From IMG/VR virus record IMGVR_UViG_3300017917_000199, positions 1 through 64,000 of that record: a stretch of 64,000 nt of DNA; one strand, given 5' to 3'. The DNA comes from a virus. Below, in pieces: positions 8,978 to 18,138 of this stretch (position 1 is its first letter; each line of letters starts with the position of its first letter). The notes beneath the pieces are model-generated. The model had not been told where the DNA came from. It made no database searches and worked only from the letters and a program-made list of their open reading frames with translations. A program made the position numbers and the translations under genes.

Positions 8978-9651
8978 TTACCCATCCTAGCAATTGCTAA
9001 GAATTCGTTTCGTGCTGCAGGATCAGTTTTGAACCCACCACCTAAACGAACAGTAACAGTACTAGAACCAGTATCTTCCACGCCGCGGCTCTTAACGCAA
9101 TAATGTTGTGCGTCAATTAAAACGGCGACATCTTCAGTTTCAAGGATATATTGTAGGGTGTGGAATATTTGTTCAGTAAGTCGCTCTTGAATTTGAGGTC
9201 TCTTAGAGAAGTATTCCACAATGCGGTTAATCTTACTGAGTCCGAGGACTCTTTGCTTAGGAACATAAGCAACAGTCGCCAAGCCATCAATAACGACAAA
9301 ATGATGTTCACAATTACTCTGGACTGAAACGTTACGTTCCACGACCATTTCATTATAGTGCATTTTATTGTCAACAGTCGTACACTTCGGGAACGCTTCA
9401 TAATCTAACCCCCAGAAAATTTCATTGACATACATTTTAGCAACACGCTTAGGTGTTTCAATTAGACTATCATCTGTTAAGTCTAGCCCTAACGTCTGCA
9501 TGATAGAATGGAAATGTGCTTCGATTTTTTCAATCTTATCCTTACGGTCAAGACTGACAGGTTTAGTCGGGGTTTCAACGCCCATCTTAACTAGATGTTC
9601 GTGTACTCGTTGACCCAACTCGGGGTCGCATTTTGTTTTATTATAAGACAT
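8974..9651 (-). CDS. folE: GTP cyclohydrolase I
   Basis: ETPKRVAKMY, CEHH, GLSKINRIV, RPQIQERLT, HYCVKSRG. Confidence 0.95.
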   Translation of the reverse strand: MSYNKTKCDPELGQRVHEHLVKMGVETPTKPVSLDRKDKIEKIEAHFHSIMQTLGLDLTDDSLIETPKRVAKMYVNEIFWGLDYEAFPKCTTVDNKMHYNEMVVERNVSVQSNCEHHFVVIDGLATVAYVPKQRVLGLSKINRIVEYFSKRPQIQERLTEQIFHTLQYILETEDVAVLIDAQHYCVKSRGVEDTGSSTVTVRLGGGFKTDPAARNEFLAIARMGK

Positions 9652-9716
9652 AGAATCCTTCCTTACGCGGATATGAAAATTGAATTGTTGTCACCGTTGT
9701 GTGACATACTTATTTA
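9652..9716 (-). promoter_or_regulatory. Structured folE leader after a TAAATA promoter
   Basis: TAAATA 9711-9716; hairpin UGUCAC/GUGACA (9689-9706); AUCC/GGAU stem enclosing AAGGAAGG (9655-9672). Confidence 0.45.
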
Positions 9717-10024
9717 GTCTTTGTTTTTGCTTTTGTAGTTTTTGCAGGTGCTTTTTTAGCGGCAGTCTTTTTTACCGTAGCTTTTTTGGTAACTGTTTTT
9801 TCAGCGGGTTTACGCTTCATTGCCTCAGGGACTTTCTTAATTGTTTTCGCTTTTACTGCAGGTTTCTTTACACTAGTAAAAGCCTCACGAACTTCTTTTA
9901 ATAGTTGTTCGTCATCCCATTCTAGTTCAGTACGTCCATCTTCATGTGTTGTAACGGTAAGATGCGAACCTTTAACAATTTTAGGCCAGGTCCCGCTAGC
10001 CTCTTTAGATTTGCGGGTTGCCAT
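9710..10024 (-). CDS. Protein with Lys/Ala-rich histone-H1-like tail
   Basis: KKATVKKTAAKKAPAKTTKAK low-complexity C-terminus. Confidence 0.65.
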   Translation of the reverse strand: MATRKSKEASGTWPKIVKGSHLTVTTHEDGRTELEWDDEQLLKEVREAFTSVKKPAVKAKTIKKVPEAMKRKPAEKTVTKKATVKKTAAKKAPAKTTKAKTKTK

Positions 10025-10025
10025 A

Positions 10026-10217
10026 TTACTTAGCCTTTGCTTCTTTACGTGCAGCTTTCTCAGCAGTAATTTCGTTACGGCGGGCCTTAACTGCTTTTGC
10101 TAATTCAGCAAGTGCTTTGCGGGCGCGCGTACCAGCTGCGCTGTTGCCCTTTTCGAACTTTTCATGTTCAGCTTCGTATGCTGCCAATTGTGTTTTAATA
10201 TCATCATGTGCGGACAT
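10026..10217 (-). CDS. Histone H1-like protein, Hc1/HctA family
   Basis: KFEKGNSAAGTRARKAL.EL motif; SD AAGGAG. Confidence 0.75.
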   Translation of the reverse strand: MSAHDDIKTQLAAYEAEHEKFEKGNSAAGTRARKALAELAKAVKARRNEITAEKAARKEAKAK

Positions 10218-10226
10218 AGTTTCTCC

Positions 10227-11420
10227 TTAGTATTTTGTCTCACGTGTATGCTTACGATAATCTGTACTCATACGCAAATATTTGTCACCCTTGCCTTCAA
10301 GAATGTCACAAATTCTATCTATCGTTTTATCATTGTAATCAGAAATTTTACCTTGATTACGATGTGGTTCATGTATTGCTTTGTAAAGTTTGATAGCGGC
10401 ATCATCAACAGACCATGGAACATACAGTCTGTCTGCATCATTCGCAAATGTTTCTGGGAATGAACGATAAGCTGGATATACAACATTACATCCCAATGCA
10501 TCTGCCTCGCTTACTGTGTTACTTACCCAATCTTGTAAAGCACAATTAAACATTACTTTACTGTCGTTCAACAATTCGTAATATTTGTTTTTATCAAGGT
10601 CTTGATAAATTGCTAATTTACCTTCACTACGCATTTTATATGTACGATCCATATAGCTTTGATTGTTGCTACGTAATGGTGCACCACTAAGAACAGCAAA
10701 AGTTGTATACTTTTTTTGTTGGTCGAAACGTTTGTAATATTCTTCAATCACATCCATGAAGAAGTCAGGTTGCTTTTCTTGATCCCAACGTGCGGCAAAT
10801 ACAACACGATTTTCTCTTTCAAAGAAAGGCTTGATAGATTGAACACGACTGCGAACTTCGTCTTTGCCAAATGCTAGACCACTGATGTTGTAGATCGGTG
10901 CTTCCCAACCTGCAATCTTCATGTGCATGACCATTTCTTCATTAGTCGCCAGAATTGCGCCTCCGCTCTGGCGAACTGCCTCGCACACCATTTTCTCGTA
11001 GTGGCCCATCCACTTGGCCATTCCCCAAACGTGAACAAAATCATCAGGATCAATAGACTGTGCAAGACAACGGACATAAATCTTCGGAGCGTGATGTGCA
11101 GAAACCTGATTAAGGATATAAGGCAAACTCTCAAAGCCCGGTTGGAACATGTCTTCAAAGTATATAACATCTTCACTTGTCACTTGTCCTTCTTTCATCA
11201 GTTTAACAAGATTCATTAACTGACTCATGCCAAAATAACTACGACCGTGTGCATCTAATACTTGACCTGTTACAATTGCTTGGTCACTAGTTAATGTGTC
11301 ACCGGGCACAATAACATAATCGATACCGCGGCGTTTAAATACACGCTCATTCCACTCTTGCAATTGCAATGTATAACGTGCTTTGTAGGGCTCTAAGCCC
11401 ATATAAAATAATTTACGCAT
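10227..11420 (-). CDS. Glycosyltransferase, GT-B fold
   Basis: VVFAARWDQEKQP, DWVSNTVSEA..LGC, YRSFPE motifs. Confidence 0.7.
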   Translation of the reverse strand: MRKLFYMGLEPYKARYTLQLQEWNERVFKRRGIDYVIVPGDTLTSDQAIVTGQVLDAHGRSYFGMSQLMNLVKLMKEGQVTSEDVIYFEDMFQPGFESLPYILNQVSAHHAPKIYVRCLAQSIDPDDFVHVWGMAKWMGHYEKMVCEAVRQSGGAILATNEEMVMHMKIAGWEAPIYNISGLAFGKDEVRSRVQSIKPFFERENRVVFAARWDQEKQPDFFMDVIEEYYKRFDQQKKYTTFAVLSGAPLRSNNQSYMDRTYKMRSEGKLAIYQDLDKNKYYELLNDSKVMFNCALQDWVSNTVSEADALGCNVVYPAYRSFPETFANDADRLYVPWSVDDAAIKLYKAIHEPHRNQGKISDYNDKTIDRICDILEGKGDKYLRMSTDYRKHTRETKY

Positions 11421-11426
11421 TCTTAT

Positions 11427-11455
11427 ATTATACTAAAAGTAGTAAAAGGGGACAA
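11427..11455 (-). promoter_or_regulatory. Sigma70-type promoter TTGTCC-17-TATAAT, 6 nt before ATG (leaderless)
   Basis: Hexamers at 11450-11455 and 11427-11432; ATG at 11420. Confidence 0.6.
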
Positions 11456-11465
11456 GCCCCTTTTA
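11444..11465. terminator. Bidirectional rho-independent terminator
   Basis: AAAAGGGG-ACAAG-CCCCTTTT. Confidence 0.7.
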
Positions 11466-11678
11466 TCATGTTCGGGCGATTAGTTCTGCCCATTGATCCT
11501 TAACTGGTTTACCAGTTGTGAATTTTAGGAACTGTCGGTACACGAAACTTCGTTGATTGTACAATTCTGCTTCGTCATATTTGTAACCAAAGTCCTGACA
11601 GAAAGACAAGTATTTTTCCAAATCTTCAAACAGTTGATTTTCTGTGCTGAATGTACCGGTTAGTTTTTGCTTTGCCAT
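11466..11678 (-). CDS. Hypothetical protein
   Basis: ORF with SD AAGGA. Confidence 0.65.
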   Translation of the reverse strand: MAKQKLTGTFSTENQLFEDLEKYLSFCQDFGYKYDEAELYNQRSFVYRQFLKFTTGKPVKDQWAELIART

Positions 11679-11692
11679 TTTATTAAATTCCT

Positions 11693-12145
11693 TTAAATAG
11701 CGAGTTGTTGATAAGGTTGATTAAGATTATAGTATATCGTAGCACCGTTCTCCCCGTCTTCTGAAACGGTAATTTCGATATTACGATTGGGATAACGACT
11801 TGCGATTTGCTCATAGAGGTCATCGCTAATCATTTCACACGACTTGAAATTCAATTCAAGTGTACCGCCAACATAGAGGTTCTCTAGCCAACGCTTGAAT
11901 TGAATGAATTCAATATCCCTGTCATTGTGAAATACTTCAATCGCCACGTTAAAGTGAAAGATGTGACGATGTGGAGTTCCTAGAAAGCTAACATCATACT
12001 GATCTCCTGTCTTTAATGCAGGATCAGTTGCTGCCGCAGGATACATATGAATACCTTCTTTCTGAAAGGTAACAAAAATCATGCGTTTAGCTTTATCTTT
12101 AATTCGCTGTCGTTGTTCAAACAATATTTGTTCTCTCTGTTCCAT
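11693..12145 (-). CDS. QueD/PTPS-like T-fold protein
   Basis: EGIH...PHRHIFH, RDIEF, SCEM, VSEDGENG; pattern parallels the QueD HxH, E and V.E motifs. Confidence 0.55.
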   Translation of the reverse strand: MEQREQILFEQRQRIKDKAKRMIFVTFQKEGIHMYPAAATDPALKTGDQYDVSFLGTPHRHIFHFNVAIEVFHNDRDIEFIQFKRWLENLYVGGTLELNFKSCEMISDDLYEQIASRYPNRNIEITVSEDGENGATIYYNLNQPYQQLAI

Positions 12146-12357
12146 TATCGGTCGTCCTCAAAATCGACACGCTCATGGTCATATTCATATTGAGCACGGC
12201 GCAGTTGCTGTAGTTCTGTTAGATATTTCTGCTTTGTTTCACGTAGTTTTTTAATTTTATCAGAATCACCTACTCCTGACTTCTCTAGTTGGAACAATTG
12301 ATTGTCAACTAAACGATGTGATTCTTCCAAACTTTTAATTCGTTGTTTATATGGCAT
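12145..12357 (-). CDS. Small coiled-coil protein (DUF465-like)
   Basis: LEESHRLVD...LRETK..L pattern. Confidence 0.55.
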   Translation of the reverse strand: MPYKQRIKSLEESHRLVDNQLFQLEKSGVGDSDKIKKLRETKQKYLTELQQLRRAQYEYDHERVDFEDDR

Positions 12358-12358
12358 G

Positions 12359-13936
12359 TTATTCTCCTAATGCTATTTGCATTTCGTCATCACTATCCTC
12401 AATGATTTCATCAACTTCTGGATCGTTATTTTCAACTTCAAATAATTGGTCAAACATAGTCATTGCATTAACTGTTTTCTTACCACTAATACCTTGACTA
12501 CCTGATTGCATTTGCATCCACAAACTACTGTATGAGTTTATCAAATCTAAACTCTTTTGTCTGTCTTTTAGGCTAAAGATTTCATCGATAATATCACCGA
12601 AATGATAATTATCAAATTTATTCATAACCATTTTGGGCATAATACCTTGTTCATAGCGTCTGTTAGCTTCTTGTACTGCGGCAATGTGCTGATAGACATT
12701 ATGACTTTGGATAAGTGTGTAGCTTAGTGTATCCCAAGAGGTTTTAGTTTCCTTACCTTGTTGGTTAATAAAACCTTGACCACGATAACAAACATCTTTC
12801 ATAGTTAGTAAGTCAGTTACTGGACTATCTGTAAAGACTTTATGGATACCGTCTTGCAAACATGCATCACTGTACTTACGACTATCACCACCTTGTGCAC
12901 CATTTGAAGCTACACCATACTTCTTATCCTCAGCAGTTTTTTCCATAGCATATGCCCACTTCTTACCATGCTCGAAACTGTTGTTGAAATACGCTAGACC
13001 TTTAGCTGCACTAAAGAATGGACTTGCACAGTCAAACGTGATATGTAAACTTGGGTTGTGATACTTGCGAATAGCTTTTTGAATATCAGTAAACAATACT
13101 GCATATTCTAGTATCGATACACCCAAACAGTGAATTAAATCGTGCTTACCTTCTTCAAGTAATCCATCATGTATAATGTCAACAAGTCTACGTAGCATCA
13201 AGTGTACGTCAATCTTGTTTTGACCACCAAATGCCCAACCATTAAAGTGATTATCTGGATAGACTTTTGGATCGCAATACTTCTTCATTTCACGATACCA
13301 ATCATCACTTTGGGTATGATTGCGACCTTGCAACACATTTAAGAACTTACAGTTACCATTACGGTTCTTAATAAAGTATTCGTTATTGATATGGGTAGCT
13401 GCTATTGCTTCTTCAATTGTACTGATACCGTGTGCTGATTTACCAGTCTTAGGATCCTTGATATGGAAGGTCGTTAAGGACTGAGAAGGAATATCCAAAC
13501 ACATACCATAATCCATGTATGTATCCATCCATTTCAACACTTGCTGACGCTTAGCCATAGCACGTGGGCAATTGGGATCTTTCCAATCAGCAGGCCATTG
13601 ACATTTTAGAATCTGGAAACCACCTGAATCACCCAGCATGAATGTACCATTTTCACGCTCACGTATAATACTTTCACTAGGATCATCTTTGGTAGGATCT
13701 AAGTTAGCATGACCTGCAGAATATAGACCCCACTTGTATGTGTAGAGTCCTTCTTTACTGTTAAGAAAGTTTAGTTTCTCAACGTCACCATTAAATGCCG
13801 CAGGTATACGTGCAGCATCAAAGTATTGTTCACCTTTGCGTTGTTTGCCTAATCCAGAAATGTAAAAACTAGACACTGCTGGTAAGAACAGTGCCCAGTC
13901 TGGCTTTTGCTGACTTGAAAGATTAACTTGCTTCAA
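12359..13936 (-). CDS. dpdA: TGT-fold guanine transglycosylase (DpdA-like 7-deazaguanine DNA insertase)
   Basis: DSGGFQ, LDIP, VLQG, GWAFGG, HCLGVS, TFDCASP motifs; clustered with folE, queD and queE. Confidence 0.75.
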   Translation of the reverse strand: MKQVNLSSQQKPDWALFLPAVSSFYISGLGKQRKGEQYFDAARIPAAFNGDVEKLNFLNSKEGLYTYKWGLYSAGHANLDPTKDDPSESIIRERENGTFMLGDSGGFQILKCQWPADWKDPNCPRAMAKRQQVLKWMDTYMDYGMCLDIPSQSLTTFHIKDPKTGKSAHGISTIEEAIAATHINNEYFIKNRNGNCKFLNVLQGRNHTQSDDWYREMKKYCDPKVYPDNHFNGWAFGGQNKIDVHLMLRRLVDIIHDGLLEEGKHDLIHCLGVSILEYAVLFTDIQKAIRKYHNPSLHITFDCASPFFSAAKGLAYFNNSFEHGKKWAYAMEKTAEDKKYGVASNGAQGGDSRKYSDACLQDGIHKVFTDSPVTDLLTMKDVCYRGQGFINQQGKETKTSWDTLSYTLIQSHNVYQHIAAVQEANRRYEQGIMPKMVMNKFDNYHFGDIIDEIFSLKDRQKSLDLINSYSSLWMQMQSGSQGISGKKTVNAMTMFDQLFEVENNDPEVDEIIEDSDDEMQIALGE

Positions 13937-14312
13937 CTTTTTCTTCTTCTTTTATTAGATTTTTCACCATAGCAATTTTATGCTGATAGTCAGCAATACT
14001 GCTATTCATTTGGTCAACTAAGTTTTTGATTGTAGGATTCTGTTCTGCTAATGCAATCAGTTCTTTTTCTTCCTGCATCTTCTTTTCAGCCCACTTGAGG
14101 ATACTAATAGCTTGCCCAGTTAACTGAACATTAGCACTACCACCACCTAGTGTTTGCCAACTACTACCGTCATACACTTTCATGTTTTGACTACTAGCAT
14201 CATAACTCAACATTCCTACCATGGGTGTAGTACTGCTCATATTGATATAAGGCATAGCACCTTTGTTACTAGAAACATTTAGGAACTCGCCACCAACAAT
14301 ATAATCAATCAT
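13923..14312 (-). CDS. Hypothetical protein
   Basis: ORF overlapping neighbours. Confidence 0.65.
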   Translation of the reverse strand: MIDYIVGGEFLNVSSNKGAMPYINMSSTTPMVGMLSYDASSQNMKVYDGSSWQTLGGGSANVQLTGQAISILKWAEKKMQEEKELIALAEQNPTIKNLVDQMNSSIADYQHKIAMVKNLIKEEEKVEAS

Positions 14313-15040
14313 TTTGCCTGTGCAGGAAGTAGATAACGATATGTTGCCATACCACTGTCAACAGTGATTTCAGTAGCACCAGCATCACTGATACGAACTT
14401 TCTTGTCACCAACAAGATCCATAATTGCTTGGAACTGCTTTACAGGCCACATCCAGCTACGAGACAGTGAACCTTGAATGCCAGAGTGAAACACAAAGTT
14501 ACCACTGTGTGTGCTTGGGTCACCGAAATAGATTCTCAAGTCTGTACCATCTGTTTTTGTAGTGAAGTTTTCTTGTTCACTGTTAGCACTTGCTTGTTTC
14601 TTTAGACGTAGAATACCTGCAACAGTTGGCTCAAACTCAACGTTCCAGGGCGGATCTTTGAATAACACGCTCTTAACTTTTTCTTCAACGATTGCTTTTG
14701 TCATCAAACGATAATCATTTAAGAAGTCACCGTTCTTTGTTTCAAAGTGAATAGTTGATGGAACATCAACACCGTCACGCTGAGTTCTGTTAACGTTGAT
14801 TTTAGCTTCATTATCGTATTCATCGAAACCGATAATTGTCTTTAGTTTGCTCAAGTTAGGCATACCAAACACACCGATGAAATCAGCGATAGGTGTTTTG
14901 AATGAGCCGCTGATAACCACACTCTTGTCATCAGCAATTGCATTGATAAGAGTTTCTTTATCTGTTCCAGTAATCTTAATCAAGTCAATGTTGCCTAAAC
15001 CATATGTATGGTCAATCAAATCTTTTAAATGGTCTTTCAT
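14309..15040 (-). CDS. Sliding clamp (gp45-like)
   Basis: 243 aa, FGMPNLSKL motif and C-terminal YRYLLPA; adjacent to the DNA polymerase. Confidence 0.65.
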   Translation of the reverse strand: MKDHLKDLIDHTYGLGNIDLIKITGTDKETLINAIADDKSVVISGSFKTPIADFIGVFGMPNLSKLKTIIGFDEYDNEAKINVNRTQRDGVDVPSTIHFETKNGDFLNDYRLMTKAIVEEKVKSVLFKDPPWNVEFEPTVAGILRLKKQASANSEQENFTTKTDGTDLRIYFGDPSTHSGNFVFHSGIQGSLSRSWMWPVKQFQAIMDLVGDKKVRISDAGATEITVDSGMATYRYLLPAQAK

Positions 15041-15083
15041 GTTTTTCCTTTATGTCCTATATATTTAGGAAGTTGTAATGCGT

Positions 15084-15112
15084 ATTATGATGGAATATAA
15101 TGCGAAAGTCAA
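15084..15112 (-). promoter_or_regulatory. Sigma70-type promoter TTGACT-17-CATAAT (also TAAATA at 15062-15067)
   Basis: Hexamers 15107-15112 and 15084-15089. Confidence 0.6.
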
Positions 15113-15119
15113 CTTCAAT

Positions 15120-17828
15120 TTAACCAAATACGAATAAATCATCAAATGTTGATTTAACGTCTGTATTGCTACTCAAGTCCCAATCCAACACACCCAATAA
15201 GTTCTCAACCTTCTTATCAACGAGTGTTTGTTCCATGAGTTCATCATCGAATGGTAACTGTTTGAACCAATCTGGTAGTCGCAATTCATCTGTTGGATAT
15301 GCAATACTTGTCATACCAATTGGGTTAGATTTAAGTTTACATACAACAATTTTCATACCATCAACAATCTTCATGGAGTAGTTATCACTGTTTAATCTAC
15401 GCAAATAATTCCAGTTGATAGCTGCTAACGCATGTCCGACACCACACTTACCTGTCTTTTCCCAAGTATTAGTATGATTAGTCAAGTTGTTAACAGACTT
15501 AGGTGAACCTTTAGTCCAAGAATCTTGCTCAGACAAATTGCGCTTAAAGTCTTTGATTGCCTCAATAACTTCTTCACGACCCTTACCTTGCTGAATAACC
15601 ATACTCAATACATTCATTAAGAATTCCTGAACATATTTAGGAGTATCAGCACGTTTCAAGTCAAGACCCATAGCCTTGATATCACCTAACTTACCATCTT
15701 TATCTTTACGCTTACCTTCTTTATCAAAGATATTGATAGCATAACGCTTTTTAGTAATAAAGATACTGCGATCACCAATCAGTTCACGACCAGCTTTGAT
15801 GATTTCACCATTCTTGCGAGGTGCATGAAATGCTTTTTCTAAGAATGCAGGGAAACTGCTGTTGGCTTCTTCAGCGATAGCGTCATAGACTTGAATACAA
15901 ACATCTTTGTTCCATTCCATTTCACCATTCTCAATCATTTCTTTATAGATTGGATACGCACTGAAATAACAACTGTCAGTGTCACCATAAACAATTGCAG
16001 GTCCAGTGTGAGTATACTCACCAGCAACAACTAAGTTGATTTGGCTCATCATGTGTTTCACAATCTGACGACCACTTAGTGTAACTGACTGACCAATGCG
16101 CTTGTCGTAGAATCTACAATGCTCATTCAATAGTGCGCCATATGCAGAGTTAAGCAAAATCTTGCGAACCAGTTGTCGCTTATCCCAATACTCTTTATCA
16201 GCATCAGTTGTTGCTTCTTTAAGTTTTTTCTGCATACTTTTACGGTCACTATACCAACGTGTGAGTAGACCGGGAATCACACCCTCTTTCTCATACGTAA
16301 AGATTGTACCGTTCGCACTAAGCATGTATGGTTTATGACTATCAAAAATCATCTTCCATATCTCAGCCGCACTCATTTCTACACTGCGACCATCTTCATA
16401 GTCAACTGTTAGAATAGTGCCACGTTCTTGGTTCATAATTGCTTCGTACTCTAACGCACCAAACAATCCTTCCCATAGAATCGCGCCAGTAACGTCATCA
16501 TCACCGTCTTTGTAATACTTCTTTTCACGGGCAAGTTCCATACCCCTGTCTTTCATGTATTTGTCAGTTAGTGTTTGTCTGACTTGGGCGACAATTGTTT
16601 CTGGTGCCATGTTGAGGGCACGAATAGTCGAGGGATAGAGCGAGTTGATATCGACTGCTCCGACCCACTCGTGCATTCCTCTTTTGGGCGTAGCAACATA
16701 GGCACCTGCCGCTTGTTGGACTTCATCTGCATTTTCTACCTTTCGTTTTTTATCTGGAACAACTAGTCCACGTTCATGTGCTTCGTTCATAATTGCCATT
16801 TCAATCATAGCAACTGAACCCATGACAGTGGGTAACAACACAGTATTTTCATGTGCTAGTGCGTTAGCAAGATCCAAGAACTTTAGTTTGTTATGAATCT
16901 TAACCAATAGCATTGTATCTTGTCTGTTATACTCTAAGAACTTTTGCCAGTCCTTATTGTATAGTTGGTCAAGAGTACCTTCATATTGTGTTTTGTTTTC
17001 ACCGACTTCCATTTCACCAATGGCGTCGAGTTTATAACTATGGCGACTTTCATAGTTGTATTTTTTATACAACTGCAAATAGTCCATGTGAATACGACCA
17101 ATCAAATCATATGTTGTTTCTTCTTTACCGAAACGTTCATACTTTCTTGGCTTAGGAAGTTGTCCTAATAGACAGAACTTGCGTGTGTCATCTTTAGACA
17201 TAACTCTAGTGACACGATTGACCATGTAGGGAATATCATAGCCCTCTGAGTTCCAGCCAGTTAACACATCAGCATCTTCAATTAGAGCAAAGAACGTTTC
17301 AAACATTTCTATTTCGCTGTAAAACAAAATAGTGTTTTCAAAACGCCCAACAATTTCTTGTGCAGTTTCCTTGCTCATATGTTTAGGAGGAACACACAAT
17401 GTTACCAATGTGTCTTGCCAGTCCAAATACAATGAGATAGCTGTTACTGGATTAAATGGATCATCAGTGGGACTGAAACCCTTTTCAGGATCAAAGTCTA
17501 CCTCAATGTCGAAAAAGCAAGTGTGAAGTTTTGGAGGTTCAACTTTAAGATAGTTGTCCGACAAACATCTAAACACTACGTTGATATCAGATTCAAATAA
17601 TTCCTTACCTGAATGAATCCTACGTTCTTTTTCAAACTCTGCACGTTTGCGTGTACTAAAACGACTGACAGGAGTTCCATAAAGGCTGCGGAACTTTCCT
17701 TTATTGTCAGGATAATAAAACGTATAATTTGCAGGATATTCTTTGAACTGACGGTTTTGTTTTTCGTCACGTTCAACTACAAAGATCCTATCACTATCAC
17801 GGTCGTGTATAGCGTCTACATAACTCAT
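15120..17828 (-). CDS. DNA polymerase, family B (gp43-like)
   Basis: DIEV, GWNSEGYD, YNRQD exonuclease motifs; DINSLYPS, KILLNSAYG, YGDTDS, KKRY polymerase motifs. Confidence 0.97.
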   Translation of the reverse strand: MSYVDAIHDRDSDRIFVVERDEKQNRQFKEYPANYTFYYPDNKGKFRSLYGTPVSRFSTRKRAEFEKERRIHSGKELFESDINVVFRCLSDNYLKVEPPKLHTCFFDIEVDFDPEKGFSPTDDPFNPVTAISLYLDWQDTLVTLCVPPKHMSKETAQEIVGRFENTILFYSEIEMFETFFALIEDADVLTGWNSEGYDIPYMVNRVTRVMSKDDTRKFCLLGQLPKPRKYERFGKEETTYDLIGRIHMDYLQLYKKYNYESRHSYKLDAIGEMEVGENKTQYEGTLDQLYNKDWQKFLEYNRQDTMLLVKIHNKLKFLDLANALAHENTVLLPTVMGSVAMIEMAIMNEAHERGLVVPDKKRKVENADEVQQAAGAYVATPKRGMHEWVGAVDINSLYPSTIRALNMAPETIVAQVRQTLTDKYMKDRGMELAREKKYYKDGDDDVTGAILWEGLFGALEYEAIMNQERGTILTVDYEDGRSVEMSAAEIWKMIFDSHKPYMLSANGTIFTYEKEGVIPGLLTRWYSDRKSMQKKLKEATTDADKEYWDKRQLVRKILLNSAYGALLNEHCRFYDKRIGQSVTLSGRQIVKHMMSQINLVVAGEYTHTGPAIVYGDTDSCYFSAYPIYKEMIENGEMEWNKDVCIQVYDAIAEEANSSFPAFLEKAFHAPRKNGEIIKAGRELIGDRSIFITKKRYAINIFDKEGKRKDKDGKLGDIKAMGLDLKRADTPKYVQEFLMNVLSMVIQQGKGREEVIEAIKDFKRNLSEQDSWTKGSPKSVNNLTNHTNTWEKTGKCGVGHALAAINWNYLRRLNSDNYSMKIVDGMKIVVCKLKSNPIGMTSIAYPTDELRLPDWFKQLPFDDELMEQTLVDKKVENLLGVLDWDLSSNTDVKSTFDDLFVFG

Positions 17829-18085
17829 AGAGTTTTACCAACTGTCTCCAAAATTGTGTTGAGTTCTTCGTTGTCTTGGTTAGTCTGTGTTAGACTTGCT
17901 TTGAATGCTGTGCGTACAGCTTTTTTAAGTGTGCTTGGTTTGATTTCCAATTCTTCTGCAACTGCTTTGATTGTGTCATTAAGACCACCTTGCAGTGTGT
18001 CAATCTCGTGCATCGTTGCAATGCCTTCGTTGACCAATTGTGTTAGTTTGATTTTCGCTTCGTTATTAAATGTGCGTGATGACAT
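17825..18085 (-). CDS. dsDNA-binding protein (T4 DsbA/GapR-like)
   Basis: Coiled coil plus IKAVAEELEIKP..LKKAV pattern. Confidence 0.5.
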   Translation of the reverse strand: MSSRTFNNEAKIKLTQLVNEGIATMHEIDTLQGGLNDTIKAVAEELEIKPSTLKKAVRTAFKASLTQTNQDNEELNTILETVGKTL

Positions 18086-18109
18086 TCACTTCTCCTTAAA
18101 ATATTAATT

Positions 18110-18138
18110 AGTATAGTTGGTGTGTGTAACAAAGTCAA
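18110..18138 (-). promoter_or_regulatory. Sigma70-type promoter TTGACT-17-TATACT upstream of the polymerase operon
   Basis: Hexamers 18133-18138 and 18110-18115. Confidence 0.7.

Noticed and set aside
15120-17828. Intein in the DNA polymerase (insert after DINSLYPS)
   Set aside because: No C/S start, HN-C/S/T end or LAGLIDADG motifs are visible, and the length suits a phage PolB
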